From IMG/VR virus record IMGVR_UViG_3300011434_000008, positions 5,770-69,769 of that record: 64,000 nucleotides of DNA; one strand, 5' to 3'. The stretch is from a virus (Duplodnaviria; Caudoviricetes). Shown piece after piece: positions 34,265-44,640 of this stretch. A program made the position numbers and the translations under genes. How positions within the stretch are numbered: position 1 is the first letter of the stretch; each line of letters opens with the position of its first letter. A model generated the notes under the pieces. It searched no databases. It saw only the letters and a list, made by a program, of their open reading frames with translations, and was not told where the DNA came from.

Positions 34265-36037
34265 TTAATTACTCCATATCCACCGAACGTTGAATTGACC
34301 GTAAGAGACTTGGGGAACCATGCGCGGTCGGCCTGATTTGATGCCGAGGATCGGTTGCAACTGAGGAACGATCACGGCGCGAACGCTGATAGTAAACGTT
34401 CCGTTTGTTTTGAAGTACGCCCGAACGTCCAAGTTCTCGTTCATGTGCTCGTCAACGGTGTGATCCGCTGTCGCGGTGCCACCATCCAGCCACGCTCGAA
34501 CCATAGACGTGGAGATGAATCCAGTTTGCCCTGACACGTCTACGATTGCTTCCGGCAATCCTGGGAACGCGCCGAAAGCGACGACCGCCACACCCGTAGT
34601 AAGACTGCCGGGGCTCCCCGATCCCGCAGGCCCTGTTGGTCCCGGAGGTCCAGGCGGACCCTCTTCCCCCTCTTCGCCATCGAAGCCGGGAGGTATTGCC
34701 GGGCTGCTGCTCCCAACCGTGACCTCTACTTCGTCGTCCACGGCGTCATCAACCGTCGTGATTCTAATATCCCGACCATTTACAAAATTGATTCGCTTCC
34801 TTTTATAGGTGAGAAAACTGCTGTTATCTCGAACCCACGGAACACCAACATCGAACCAAGCGCCGGTCGTAAAATTGTAGACAAACACTCGGTTTTGGCC
34901 AACCGCGCCGTTCACCACCATCGGAACGGTTGCACCCTGAGCAACGGGAACTCCGGAAGGAATTCCGGTGGCATACCCGAGGTAGAAAAAACCGTCTGTA
35001 TCTGTCGGACTTAGCGCAGAGCCGTGCGATAATACTACGCTACCCGCCCCGGTGATTTTAAGCCGATCAACAACCCCAAGACCGCCGTTCAACGATAGGG
35101 TAAAGCTTGTCGGAAAATTTCCTCCGGAAGCCGCCCCATCGGTCTTGATTGCTACCGCCCCTTGCTGTCCGTAGCCACCACTGTAGGCGTAGAATTTGGT
35201 CTCGGCAATCGTATCTGCGCTTCCGCAGTCTGTCGGAGCAGCGCTGGTTCCACGACTTCGAGACATACTTTGGAGCGCACTGGCGAAATCATCGTCGTGA
35301 TGATTTGAAATCGTACCGCCCCGTGCCCCGGTGTTCAACAAACTAGAAACATGAAGTTGTGAATCGTTAGTGCCCGAACCAATACCAAGCCGTTTGGTCG
35401 TGTGCTGCCAGCTAAGATCGGGCTCACCACCAAACACGCCTCCCTTGTTATACTGAACGTTGGTGTTCGCTCCTCCTGGGGCGGTAGGAGGACTAAACGA
35501 GTCCTCTGACTCTCCGTCTTCGCCATCAGCTCCTGGAGGACCCTGAGCGCCTGCGACTCCAGCGGTTCCGGTGGCTCCGACATTCCCTTGCGGACCTGGA
35601 GTTCCCTGGTCTCCTTCCTCGCCATCTTCACCAACTCCGGGCGGTCCCTGGAGACCAATTGAGCCCGTGTTACCTTGGGGTCCCTGATTTCCGGGAGGCC
35701 CTATGTCTCCTTGCTCGCCCTCTTCACCATCCGAACCCGGAGGTCCGGGCTGTCCCGCAGCGCCAGCGGCTCCCGCAGCCCCCGACTCGCCTGCGGCTCC
35801 AGGAGGCCCCTGTTCTCCCTCTTCCCCTCTCTCGCCTTCAGGTCCCGGTAGCGGTCCGCCCAGCGGATTGGCGCTGCCGATGATATCCCACCCGGTATCC
35901 GTCAGATTACGAACCTTGAGCGGATACGGTTGGGGGAAGGACGTGTCAACCCAGAAGACCCCCGCGCCGACTGCACCAGGATCGGTGGACTGAACATAGG
36001 CCGGTCGGATGTCTTGATGATTTGGGTATGCAGGCAT
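34265..36037 (-). CDS. collagen-like tail or head fibre protein
   Basis: Long Gly-X-Y tract (about aa 60-185), RLGIG/LHV fibre motif and a second short Gly-X-Y tract. Confidence 0.8.
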   Translation of the reverse strand: MPAYPNHQDIRPAYVQSTDPGAVGAGVFWVDTSFPQPYPLKVRNLTDTGWDIIGSANPLGGPLPGPEGERGEEGEQGPPGAAGESGAAGAAGAAGQPGPPGSDGEEGEQGDIGPPGNQGPQGNTGSIGLQGPPGVGEDGEEGDQGTPGPQGNVGATGTAGVAGAQGPPGADGEDGESEDSFSPPTAPGGANTNVQYNKGGVFGGEPDLSWQHTTKRLGIGSGTNDSQLHVSSLLNTGARGGTISNHHDDDFASALQSMSRSRGTSAAPTDCGSADTIAETKFYAYSGGYGQQGAVAIKTDGAASGGNFPTSFTLSLNGGLGVVDRLKITGAGSVVLSHGSALSPTDTDGFFYLGYATGIPSGVPVAQGATVPMVVNGAVGQNRVFVYNFTTGAWFDVGVPWVRDNSSFLTYKRKRINFVNGRDIRITTVDDAVDDEVEVTVGSSSPAIPPGFDGEEGEEGPPGPPGPTGPAGSGSPGSLTTGVAVVAFGAFPGLPEAIVDVSGQTGFISTSMVRAWLDGGTATADHTVDEHMNENLDVRAYFKTNGTFTISVRAVIVPQLQPILGIKSGRPRMVPQVSYGQFNVRWIWSN

Positions 36038-36043
36038 TTTGTT

Positions 36044-37066
36044 TTACAGGTACGCACAGATAGCGCGGATAATAGTTCGCCCGAAATCTCCCCGAAAATT
36101 CAGACTTGCGGGATCAGACGTGCCCCTCGCATTGAGGAAGTAGGAGGTCTTTGACGCAAGGATCAAGGAACTCTCTTTCCCAACCGTCGTAAACAGCTGC
36201 AAAGCCCCCGATGCGCCGCCAATTCCGACATCCGCCGTTAAAATCGGGTCACTCTCCGTTGTGCTGCCGGTCGAAAGAGTTGCCGACATAAGAATGAAAG
36301 TGTCTGAGGCTACGTCCACATTACAAGTGGCCTGCCAGAATACCCGCCACGCGCCAATATGAATCGCCAGAGTCAACGACCCAAGGTTGTACCACGTACC
36401 GTTCACCGGGCTTGCCTGCGTTTGGTTAGCCGTGTCCGTCAGACTCAGTGTCCACTTGAGGGGATCGAGCGGAAACTCTGCGGGTGCCTTGGCACGCGAG
36501 AAGAACGGCAAAGTGATCGCCGCGTTCGCTAGGTCGTAGTCCGTTCCACCGTAGATCGTAACCGTTGTATCGCCAGCCGCGAAAGCCGCAGCCGTGACAA
36601 TGAAATACTTTACGCCGGTCTGGGTCAGCTTGATCCGAGTTCCGGGCGTGTACTTCGTTGTCAAGTCGATCCCGGCAATCGTAAAGGTGAAAGTGGGGTC
36701 GTCGGCGCTGGCATACACCCATGTTTCTCCGGCTGCAACCCAACCATCCTCGGGCGCGCTAGCTCCCGGAGTCCCCGGCGATCCGGGCTGTCCCGGAGGT
36801 CCAGACTCACCATCTTCACCTGCTTCACCCCCGAACCCCGGAGGACCAATGGGTCCTGTCGCAACGCCACCACCACCCACTTCTTCCCAAAGCGTGTTCA
36901 GCGAGTTTCGAGCCTTCAGAACAAACGGTGGCACCCCCCCGGTCGTATCGATCCACAGCTTGTGGGCCGTGACGTTGTTATCCGGGTCCAAAGCAGGATC
37001 AGTCACCCCCACGAAAGCAGCGGGGTGGATCGCATTCGGTTCGGTTAGTTCAAAATGTTTTGCCAT
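36044..37066 (-). CDS. collagen-like fibre protein
   Basis: N-terminal domain shared with 34265-36037; short Gly-X-Y tract; beta-rich C-terminal domain. Confidence 0.75.
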   Translation of the reverse strand: MAKHFELTEPNAIHPAAFVGVTDPALDPDNNVTAHKLWIDTTGGVPPFVLKARNSLNTLWEEVGGGGVATGPIGPPGFGGEAGEDGESGPPGQPGSPGTPGASAPEDGWVAAGETWVYASADDPTFTFTIAGIDLTTKYTPGTRIKLTQTGVKYFIVTAAAFAAGDTTVTIYGGTDYDLANAAITLPFFSRAKAPAEFPLDPLKWTLSLTDTANQTQASPVNGTWYNLGSLTLAIHIGAWRVFWQATCNVDVASDTFILMSATLSTGSTTESDPILTADVGIGGASGALQLFTTVGKESSLILASKTSYFLNARGTSDPASLNFRGDFGRTIIRAICAYL

Positions 37067-37076
37067 TTCATCCCCG

Positions 37077-37802
37077 TTAAACCATCGCTGTCATCACTAC
37101 GTCGCCGTCCGAGAATACGATCTCCGGAAAGAAGGGATCACCGTTGGTTACGGGCTCAAAGTCAACATCAGGAGGAAGCGCCGCGAAGACCGCGTCCTCT
37201 CGAAGAAAACGAGTATCACCGGCCACAGCACCAGGGTCGGGTACAACCCCGCGTTTATGACCTGGACCGCTGGCACCGAAAGTATCTACCGAGATGATGG
37301 CTGGTCCGCCGATCACCTTACGAACAGAACTCACGTTGATCGGATCAGACGCCGTCAAGTTTCCAGTATCACTCGGCGGCACCGGAATTCCACCGGCTGG
37401 CGTCCCCGGAGTTCCTGGGGTTCCCGGCGCACCCGGCGCACCCGGCACGCCCGGCAAGTTTGTTACAGTAGAGGAACCACCAGAACTGACGACGATCATC
37501 CCGCCGCCCGCGACTCTGGTCACCAGTTCCCGCACTACCTCGATGTTAGTAGATGGCGCTTGACTCGGAGGAAACGTCCGATACTGGGGCACCATGTCTT
37601 TCCGGTCACCCTGTCGAATGGAATCATTAAACGACTGGGCTCCCGGCATCGGGAAACGCTGGATCGTGTCCATGACGTGAGCCGACAAATCCGAAACGGG
37701 CGGACCAATCTCTCCGGAACCTGACTTAGGTTCCGCAGGCGCGTAAGCCTCGTGCGCTAAGATCGAACTCGCTTGGCTGACAGCATCATCTATAGAAGGC
37801 AT
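37077..37802 (-). CDS. virion protein with short collagen-like repeat
   Basis: PGVPGAPGAPGTPGTPGTP; VPDPGA.AGDTRFLRED fibre-type motif. Confidence 0.65.
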   Translation of the reverse strand: MPSIDDAVSQASSILAHEAYAPAEPKSGSGEIGPPVSDLSAHVMDTIQRFPMPGAQSFNDSIRQGDRKDMVPQYRTFPPSQAPSTNIEVVRELVTRVAGGGMIVVSSGGSSTVTNLPGVPGAPGAPGTPGTPGTPAGGIPVPPSDTGNLTASDPINVSSVRKVIGGPAIISVDTFGASGPGHKRGVVPDPGAVAGDTRFLREDAVFAALPPDVDFEPVTNGDPFFPEIVFSDGDVVMTAMV

Positions 37803-39425
37803 CTACCGCTCCTCCACGTTCGCGCCAATCACGCTCCAGGTGAGCAGCTCATTGGCGGCAATCTCTGTAGGCCACGTAACCTTGACCTGCATGTGTCGGC
37901 ACACAGCGGGCAATTGAGTTCGAGAGATGTAGAATCGGTCGCTGAACAACGTTTGAGACGCGACCAACACCGGAGTATCTGGAACGAACGCGCCCAGCGA
38001 GGTGAAGGGCACCGCAAGCGTACCCGCGATTTCATCCAAAAGCACGCTAACGTCTGGGTGAGAACCGATAGCCAAGGCTTCTGTAGTAAGGAACAGCACC
38101 ATCGCGAGTTCGCTCGGGTGTGTCAACACCACAGATCCGATTGTCACGAACGCCGGATAGGCGACCCCATTGTCCGTTGGTCCCAGTCCAGCATCCGAAG
38201 ACCTCGTGAGATCTCTCTGTAGGAGGGCTCCCGGAGAAACTCCCGATGGACGGCCTTGTCCTCGGGGCGTCACAGTTACCGTAGCTTGAGCCTGAGCCGT
38301 GCCTTGGTCGTTGGTAGCTGTGATCGTATACGTCGTGGTGACAGTCGGAAAAACGATAGTGGACCCGTTGGGCACCACAACCGATCCGATGCCATTGTCC
38401 AGCACCAGGGTATCAGCGAATTCACTCGTCCAAGTCAACGTTGACGGGTAGCCCGCCGAAATCGCATCGGGGTTGGCCGTCAAAGTAACTACCGGGAAAT
38501 TGGTGGTCGGGGGGATAACGTCGGCTCCGTAGCCGCCACCCGGACGAGACAGGTACATCTGGAGCGGGTTCCGCATGAGGGCGAAAGCCGCCTCCGGACC
38601 CATAGCGTAATTCCAGATGTTAATCGCCCATACGTGTCCTTCGAAAGGCGGCTGACCACTGACGTTGAAAAGCGGCCAATACTGATTGTTGTCTGGAGGA
38701 GTTATGTCTCCGAACCCAGCGAAACTGAAATCATAGCCGTCCGAAGAATACCAGTGAACGTCTCCCGTAGAACTGTTTGCGGGAACTGAAATTACATGCT
38801 CAAAAGGCAACGAGTCGATCTTGACGCGGCTACCGTCGAACGGAGCTTCCCACACCTCGTCACTATTCGTGCGGTTTATGCTGCTCGACCCATCAGAATA
38901 TACCGTGATGTTTCGACGCCACCAGTCCGTCGGACCGGAAGCGAATCGAGTCAGGTGGATCATGAAAACGACGCGAGTCGCTTCATTCACCGGCCCAAGA
39001 TTTAAGAGGTTGTACGAGGATACGACACCAACCTGAGACTCGGTCGGTCGCATCCAGAGGTGCGCTGTAAAGCCCTTTGAAAAGTCGATAGCCGGGAGAA
39101 GATTAGCACCGGTTCCGTTTGGATTCGTCGTACCGGTGTTGCCTTGAGCCTGATCCAGAGGATTGGTCTGATCGATATCTAGCTGAAGACCCGGAACCGT
39201 GAAGAAGGTCCCCCATTGTGGGGAATCCGCAACGTTCGGCACACGGAACTTCAGGTCATACTGCCCCTGGGGCCACGCATAGTTCTTACACGTCTCTCCT
39301 TCACCCTCGTTGAAAGGGTACGAATGTACGAGCCCGCGAGCATACGGACTTCTCCAATCTATTCCCAGGCCGGTTTCTGGCTTGGACAGCGGCGCTCGCG
39401 GAACTCGGATGATCAGGTTAGTCAT
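37803..39425 (-). CDS. tail protein with LamG/ConA-like and Ig/PKD-like domains
   Basis: FTAHLWMRP, FEG.VWAINIWNYAM; TLTA.P..I..G..STLTW...TTTYTITA. Confidence 0.7.
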   Translation of the reverse strand: MTNLIIRVPRAPLSKPETGLGIDWRSPYARGLVHSYPFNEGEGETCKNYAWPQGQYDLKFRVPNVADSPQWGTFFTVPGLQLDIDQTNPLDQAQGNTGTTNPNGTGANLLPAIDFSKGFTAHLWMRPTESQVGVVSSYNLLNLGPVNEATRVVFMIHLTRFASGPTDWWRRNITVYSDGSSSINRTNSDEVWEAPFDGSRVKIDSLPFEHVISVPANSSTGDVHWYSSDGYDFSFAGFGDITPPDNNQYWPLFNVSGQPPFEGHVWAINIWNYAMGPEAAFALMRNPLQMYLSRPGGGYGADVIPPTTNFPVVTLTANPDAISAGYPSTLTWTSEFADTLVLDNGIGSVVVPNGSTIVFPTVTTTYTITATNDQGTAQAQATVTVTPRGQGRPSGVSPGALLQRDLTRSSDAGLGPTDNGVAYPAFVTIGSVVLTHPSELAMVLFLTTEALAIGSHPDVSVLLDEIAGTLAVPFTSLGAFVPDTPVLVASQTLFSDRFYISRTQLPAVCRHMQVKVTWPTEIAANELLTWSVIGANVEER

Positions 39426-39431
39426 GGGACC

Positions 39432-40058
39432 TTACGCAGTGATAGAGTTCAAGGACAGCACACGAATTCTGCTTGCAACATCGCGAGTGTTACCCACGCG
39501 ATTGTTTCCGATCATGAACTTGATCTTGCCGATGTTCGAAAGGTCCAGATCGAACCGCAGCTTCTGCGCAGCAGATCTCAGGGTTCCGGCTGCATAGCTG
39601 TTCTTGAGAGTCCCTCGAATGGTGACGGTCAAGCCTGAAACCAGGATCGGCACAACCCATTCGCTACCGGCTTCATTGACGGTCGGACCTTCGATGAAGT
39701 GCGGTTGGTACACCACAGGAGTTCCTCCGGCGATTGTGAACGTGCTGGCTCCAGCGGTTCCCACCACCGAAGCAAACTCTGTGGGAACGGCGGTAGGAGA
39801 CAGCCAATCTTGAACAACGGTCCACGCATCGTCGGGTGAATCCACGGTGCCGCTGGCCAACGTCTCATCCTTCAAAACCTGTAGCAACGTCGCCACGGGA
39901 GTCGCTTGCGTCTCCAAGGGCGCAAAGTCCCAGCAGACCGCGCAAGCAAATTTGGTAGACACGTCGAGAACAGAACTGTAGACGGCGGGGGTCGGACCGA
40001 CCAGCTCTTGAAGAACAATAGGATCGGGAGTGATAACTCCCTTACTGGGTGTTGACAT
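39432..40058 (-). CDS. virion structural protein
   Basis: 208-aa ORF with AAGGAG RBS in the tail operon. Confidence 0.6.
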   Translation of the reverse strand: MSTPSKGVITPDPIVLQELVGPTPAVYSSVLDVSTKFACAVCWDFAPLETQATPVATLLQVLKDETLASGTVDSPDDAWTVVQDWLSPTAVPTEFASVVGTAGASTFTIAGGTPVVYQPHFIEGPTVNEAGSEWVVPILVSGLTVTIRGTLKNSYAAGTLRSAAQKLRFDLDLSNIGKIKFMIGNNRVGNTRDVASRIRVLSLNSITA

Positions 40059-40070
40059 GACGAACTCCTT

Positions 40071-43000
40071 TTAAGATCCGATTAGCAACCGGAACACGCC
40101 GGGCGATACTTCGATTGATTGAACGGCTGAGATCCCGCCGATGATTTCTGCAAACGGGCTCCACATCAACCCACTCTCCGGAGCCGCTGTGGGCGACAAC
40201 CGGTGCCAGCCTGTAGATCCGTCCGACAAATAAAGAGCTTTGTCTTGAGATCCGGCAACGTGCCAACTGACAAAAGCTGTACGAGAATCGAAACTCGCGT
40301 TGATCAGATTCCCAATGGGGAACCCAACTTCCGTGACGCCCGAACTCGGGTCCAACGTGATCAGTTGCCCATCTGCTGTAAACATGCAGATGATGGAACC
40401 CATGACAGACAGCGCGCTGTAGTTCAGAAGTCCAACGCCCTTCAAGAATGGAGCTGGGCTGAAGGTGGCTGTCGTTGTTCCGGTGATGATAAAAATGTCT
40501 GAAGCCGTAAAGACCAAAAGTCCGGAGGTTCCAATCGGCCACAACCGATGCACCTTGCTCGAAAACGTGAAGAAGTTCGACGGAGGAAACTGGGTGTAAC
40601 TCGAACCAATGCTGAACCCCGGAGGATTGCTGAACACCACAAGGTTACCAACGGAGCCCCACAGACGATTCAAATGGAAAGCCCAGTTTGTCGTGCCCCG
40701 AGGTGCTGGAGTGTTCTCCAGGTTTACCGCTGCGGTGATCAGCAGGTTCATCGTTGCGCCCGAAGCCGGTGGATCTGGACTGACATCCAGATAGTTCCAA
40801 CGACCTCCGACAACCGCCAGAGCACTGATCTCGGCAATCCAAAAGAACGTCGAGCCACCTTGCAGCGTTCGGTAGATCACGATGGTATCGTATTGCGGAT
40901 CGTCCGAATCAACGCCTGAAACTGAAACCGCCGCTCCCGGCACCGGAACCACGGGAGCACTGAAGGGAGACATATTGCTGACTTCGTTCGTAAAAGAATT
41001 TTTGAAGGCATACCCGTAGTACCACTTTCCGGGCACAGTGTCGGGTGTGACGCTGGTGCCGCCGCCACTGGGACCCGCGTTGATCCAGACGACGCTGCCA
41101 TCTGTGGTGGTTACACCTTGATCTGTCGCCCAGGTGGGCTCTGTTGCACCCGTGACTCCGGAAGTCACGACATTCTGGGTGTTACCGTTGGAGTCTACAA
41201 TAGACCCGTCGCCTGAGTGCGTCAGATCCGCAAGAGCGCCGGGCCACAACTTCAGGGTTCCGGTATTCTGCCAAGTCACGGTTCCATCTGTGACAAACTG
41301 ACCCGGAGAGTTTGACCACTGCACCGAATCAGACGGCGCATCAAGCGTGGTTCCTGCGGTGACTACGGTGAAGTAGCTCGAAAACGGCCCGATAGTCGTG
41401 AAGATCGGGGAGCCCGGCGTAATTCCACCTGGGCTGTATCCATCTCCGTAGCGAGTGTCACCAGGATAGCCAGGGTATCCGCTACCCGGACCGGCGTACC
41501 CTTCGTATCCAGTGATGACCTGAACATAGTAAGTGACCGCAACACGGTCTCCCAGCTGGTAAGCCTGATTCTGGACACGACCGACAAGCCCTTTGTTTGT
41601 CCAGATCACGCTTCCGTCCGCCGTGGTGCCACCGGGCGTGGTGTTCCACGCGGGCTGCACAGCGCCCGTGATGCCGACTTGCGTGACCTCTTGAATGTAG
41701 GGACCAGCGGTATTATCAACAACGGTGATCGGACCCGCGCCCGCCTGCGCAAAGTAAGCGTTCGCTACCCACACGGTGACCGGAGGAGGCAGCGCCGCTG
41801 GGGGCAGAAGCGCAACTTCCGGAGCCTGCTCAGGACCGGCTAGACCCATGTTCTGGAGATTCGATCCACGGTTCGCCCACTCCATACCTTCTTCGAAGAT
41901 CGAGGCTCCCGCCAAGTTGATGAACGGAGGAGTAACCAACCCCGTGGTTCCGATTCCCGCAGATCCCGGTACAGTGCTGATCTTCCCACCAACGTCTGTC
42001 ATGGTGGTATAGAACAGAAAGGCATTGCCCTGCGTAGGCGTTCCAGCGTCCGCAGCATGCACGAAGTCAATAGTGAAGTTCTGACTTGTGGTGGTGAGGA
42101 TCTTCGCGAACGTCGGAAACCCTGGATAGTTAGTCTGCAACGTCACGTACTGCCCGGCAGTGTACTGGTTCTTTGCCGAGACCGTAGCGATGTTGGCGGC
42201 GATTGAAATCTGTGTGATCGTCGCGGTGCCGTCTGGATAGTTGCCTCTGATGTGGCGTCGATCCCAGGTATTGTCAATCGTGAAGGACTTGCCGTTCAAG
42301 AAAGCAGAGATCGTGAACCCCGATAATACAACCGTCTGATTCGGAGAAAACGGATTGCTGTTCTGGTACAACGTGATCTTTCCGTTCTCGATCACCAGGA
42401 ATCCATACCCCTCTTGAGCCGTAGCTGCGCCTTCCGCCGTCACGCCTCGATCCGCAAAGGGAACATGGCAGTGGAACGACGAGCCGTTCGAGAAGGACAC
42501 CGGAAACTGCAGACCATTCAGCTCGGTCGCGGTAACCATCCCCGCGAACTTCACGACATCGCCGACATGAAAGTCATTGGTAGCTAAAACATCGAGAAGC
42601 CCGCTGCTGATTGTCAGCGAAGTGATCGACGTAGGAGCTTTGGCTGTATCAACGGCGTCGATAGCACCCGTTGCAGAAACGGTGGTGGGGAAATTCGTCC
42701 ACTCGAACACCACGAGCAAAGTAGTTGGATTGCAAGAAAACACGAAGCCACTTTTTCCGTTCAAAAAGGCCGTGGCTCCCGTGAATCCCGAGAATGTGAC
42801 TTTGGTGTGCGGCAGAAGAACCGCACCGAATGAAGTATTCGAGACAGCCGTCAGCACATTGCTGGCAATCGTTATCGAATCGATGTTGGTCAAAGAGCTG
42901 CCCGAGCTACCGACACACGCGAAGCCGGAATCCTGCGCATCAACCCAAACGCCGCCTGCATAGGTAATCGTGAGTTCTCGATCTCCGTAGTAGGAAACGA

Positions 43001-44051
43001 TGTTCTGAATCGATGCTTGAGCCGGGATCAATCCGTAGTCAGGATGACGGTAGGTCACCGTGAACGTGCAGGTGAGCAAGCCCACATCAAACGCGGACGT
43101 GAGAATAACCCCGCCGCCACCAAACGAAGAATCTTTAGTCCCCGTGAAAGAGACGCTCGAACCTACGGGGAACAAAAAATCCGGCTGGACTGGAAAGCTT
43201 CCCACGAACTGGACTACGACGGTCAAGACATTATCTGTGACTGTCTGGGTGCCGACCACGGTAGGATCATAGACCCGTTGGTACGGCGTCACTGCGATGT
43301 CCTGCACGAGCGGGCCTACGACACCCTGTCCGTTCAGCTCGGTGTGGTTAACCAAGTCGCTGAGTGACATCACGGAACCGGGAATGCCAATCGCGTTTCC
43401 GCCTCGACCCGCGCTGTAGTAGCGGACCTTGAGCGCACTGCCGGTTGAAGCCGTAGAGGCAACCGTGAAGAAAGAAGTTTCCCGGAACGTCACGAGATCT
43501 GCGAAGACTTGGATGTTCTGGTTCGGGTCGATGAAAAAGTCGTTGATGTTGAATGAAGATTGCGGAGCCCACGCATTCAACGACTGAATCCACTTCTTCT
43601 GAACGTCGCCGTCACCAAAATACAAAACGTTCCCAACACTCTGGAACCGCGCAGGATTGGGAAACGCTTTCGTGTAGATAATCTGCTTGGTGTCTGGACC
43701 CGTGGCGTCGTAGATGATCGAGATGGTATCCGCGATCACCTTGATCGATTCATCGGTCGTGCTGAACAACCGGAACGAATAGAAACTAAAGACCGGAGGA
43801 AAGTCTTGGTTGTTGTAGACACTTGTCCCTGGGCGTCTGATCAGCGTGAGCCGGTTGCTGACCTCCGTGTTAAGGCCGTCGATCAAGCAATCGTTGTTGG
43901 CCCCGTAGTATTTCTCGGTCTGCCAGCCAAGAGCGCCTGAGCGCAGGGGATTACGCTGAGTCCACAGTCCCTGGAAAAAGCGAGACGTGTAGATGGGAAC
44001 AAACTTGAGCGGCTTCCCCGGCGATCCCGCCATCGCGAGTTGATTTGGCAT
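40071..44051 (-). CDS. large tail nozzle/stabilisation protein with repeated inserted modules
   Basis: 1326 aa. Ends resemble P22 gp10/T7 gp12-type beta-propeller proteins (N.EVSNRLTLIRRPG; FHLNRLWGS). Middle carries repeated LNG-motif and TxxDGxVxW modules. Confidence 0.65.
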   Translation of the reverse strand: MPNQLAMAGSPGKPLKFVPIYTSRFFQGLWTQRNPLRSGALGWQTEKYYGANNDCLIDGLNTEVSNRLTLIRRPGTSVYNNQDFPPVFSFYSFRLFSTTDESIKVIADTISIIYDATGPDTKQIIYTKAFPNPARFQSVGNVLYFGDGDVQKKWIQSLNAWAPQSSFNINDFFIDPNQNIQVFADLVTFRETSFFTVASTASTGSALKVRYYSAGRGGNAIGIPGSVMSLSDLVNHTELNGQGVVGPLVQDIAVTPYQRVYDPTVVGTQTVTDNVLTVVVQFVGSFPVQPDFLFPVGSSVSFTGTKDSSFGGGGVILTSAFDVGLLTCTFTVTYRHPDYGLIPAQASIQNIVSYYGDRELTITYAGGVWVDAQDSGFACVGSSGSSLTNIDSITIASNVLTAVSNTSFGAVLLPHTKVTFSGFTGATAFLNGKSGFVFSCNPTTLLVVFEWTNFPTTVSATGAIDAVDTAKAPTSITSLTISSGLLDVLATNDFHVGDVVKFAGMVTATELNGLQFPVSFSNGSSFHCHVPFADRGVTAEGAATAQEGYGFLVIENGKITLYQNSNPFSPNQTVVLSGFTISAFLNGKSFTIDNTWDRRHIRGNYPDGTATITQISIAANIATVSAKNQYTAGQYVTLQTNYPGFPTFAKILTTTSQNFTIDFVHAADAGTPTQGNAFLFYTTMTDVGGKISTVPGSAGIGTTGLVTPPFINLAGASIFEEGMEWANRGSNLQNMGLAGPEQAPEVALLPPAALPPPVTVWVANAYFAQAGAGPITVVDNTAGPYIQEVTQVGITGAVQPAWNTTPGGTTADGSVIWTNKGLVGRVQNQAYQLGDRVAVTYYVQVITGYEGYAGPGSGYPGYPGDTRYGDGYSPGGITPGSPIFTTIGPFSSYFTVVTAGTTLDAPSDSVQWSNSPGQFVTDGTVTWQNTGTLKLWPGALADLTHSGDGSIVDSNGNTQNVVTSGVTGATEPTWATDQGVTTTDGSVVWINAGPSGGGTSVTPDTVPGKWYYGYAFKNSFTNEVSNMSPFSAPVVPVPGAAVSVSGVDSDDPQYDTIVIYRTLQGGSTFFWIAEISALAVVGGRWNYLDVSPDPPASGATMNLLITAAVNLENTPAPRGTTNWAFHLNRLWGSVGNLVVFSNPPGFSIGSSYTQFPPSNFFTFSSKVHRLWPIGTSGLLVFTASDIFIITGTTTATFSPAPFLKGVGLLNYSALSVMGSIICMFTADGQLITLDPSSGVTEVGFPIGNLINASFDSRTAFVSWHVAGSQDKALYLSDGSTGWHRLSPTAAPESGLMWSPFAEIIGGISAVQSIEVSPGVFRLLIGS

Positions 44052-44062
44052 CCAACATTCCT

Positions 44063-44434
44063 CTACTCGTCAGTACGCACAACCTGGAGATCGTGATCCC
44101 CGGATTCAAAAATCTTTTGCCGAACAGCTCTCGGCAATATAATGCAACCCTGACTGGCCGTCCCCGGATTCGCGATGCTGTCGCCGTGGATCAGGAAACC
44201 TGATCTACCGTGCATGACATTCTTCGGATCGGGCGTCAGTCGCAGGGTGTACGGACTGTGACTCGAATTGTAGGGTCGCCCGATAGTGTACTTGCCCCTG
44301 GGAAGCGGTCCCGTGTTGGGCACATGATCCATGTCGGGATTGTTCTTACCGGCTCCCGCGCCCGCGTACCCGCGAGCGATGATGCCAATTGTGGAACCCC
44401 GAAGGCTCCCCGTCAGCTGTCCGTAGGTCCACAT
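44063..44434 (-). CDS. Tlde1/DUF2778-family L,D-transpeptidase-fold protein
   Basis: GYAG, GPLPRGKY.I, RSGFLIHGD, SQGCII (HxxxSxGC-type catalytic signature). Confidence 0.85.
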   Translation of the reverse strand: MWTYGQLTGSLRGSTIGIIARGYAGAGAGKNNPDMDHVPNTGPLPRGKYTIGRPYNSSHSPYTLRLTPDPKNVMHGRSGFLIHGDSIANPGTASQGCIILPRAVRQKIFESGDHDLQVVRTDE

Positions 44435-44436
44435 GG

Positions 44437-44610
44437 CTAGCCCTTTTTTCCGAGAGCGGCATCCAAAATCTTTGTGAAGGCTTGCTCAAAAGTCTCGTGA
44501 TGAGACAAGTGATTGTTCAGCAGCGTTTCGATCTTCGTAATACGTCTCTCGTGCCACAGGGCCGCTACTAGAACTGTGAAGAGGATCGATGCGAGTTCAG
44601 CGTATGACAT
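44437..44610 (-). CDS. small single-TM holin-like protein (57 aa, absent from the ORF track)
   Basis: AAGGAA RBS; MSYAELASILFTVLVAALWHERRITKIETLLNNHL...; TAG two nt before the Tlde1 ATG. Confidence 0.55.
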   Translation of the reverse strand: MSYAELASILFTVLVAALWHERRITKIETLLNNHLSHHETFEQAFTKILDAALGKKG

Positions 44611-44640
44611 GAGCGTTTCCTTGATACGAGATCAGAGACC

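Noticed and set aside
34265-37802. GC-rich repeats as a CRISPR array or DGR template/variable repeat
   Set aside because: The repeats are in-frame Gly-X-Y codons. There are no repeat-spacer units, reverse transcriptase or adenine-specific mismatch pairs.
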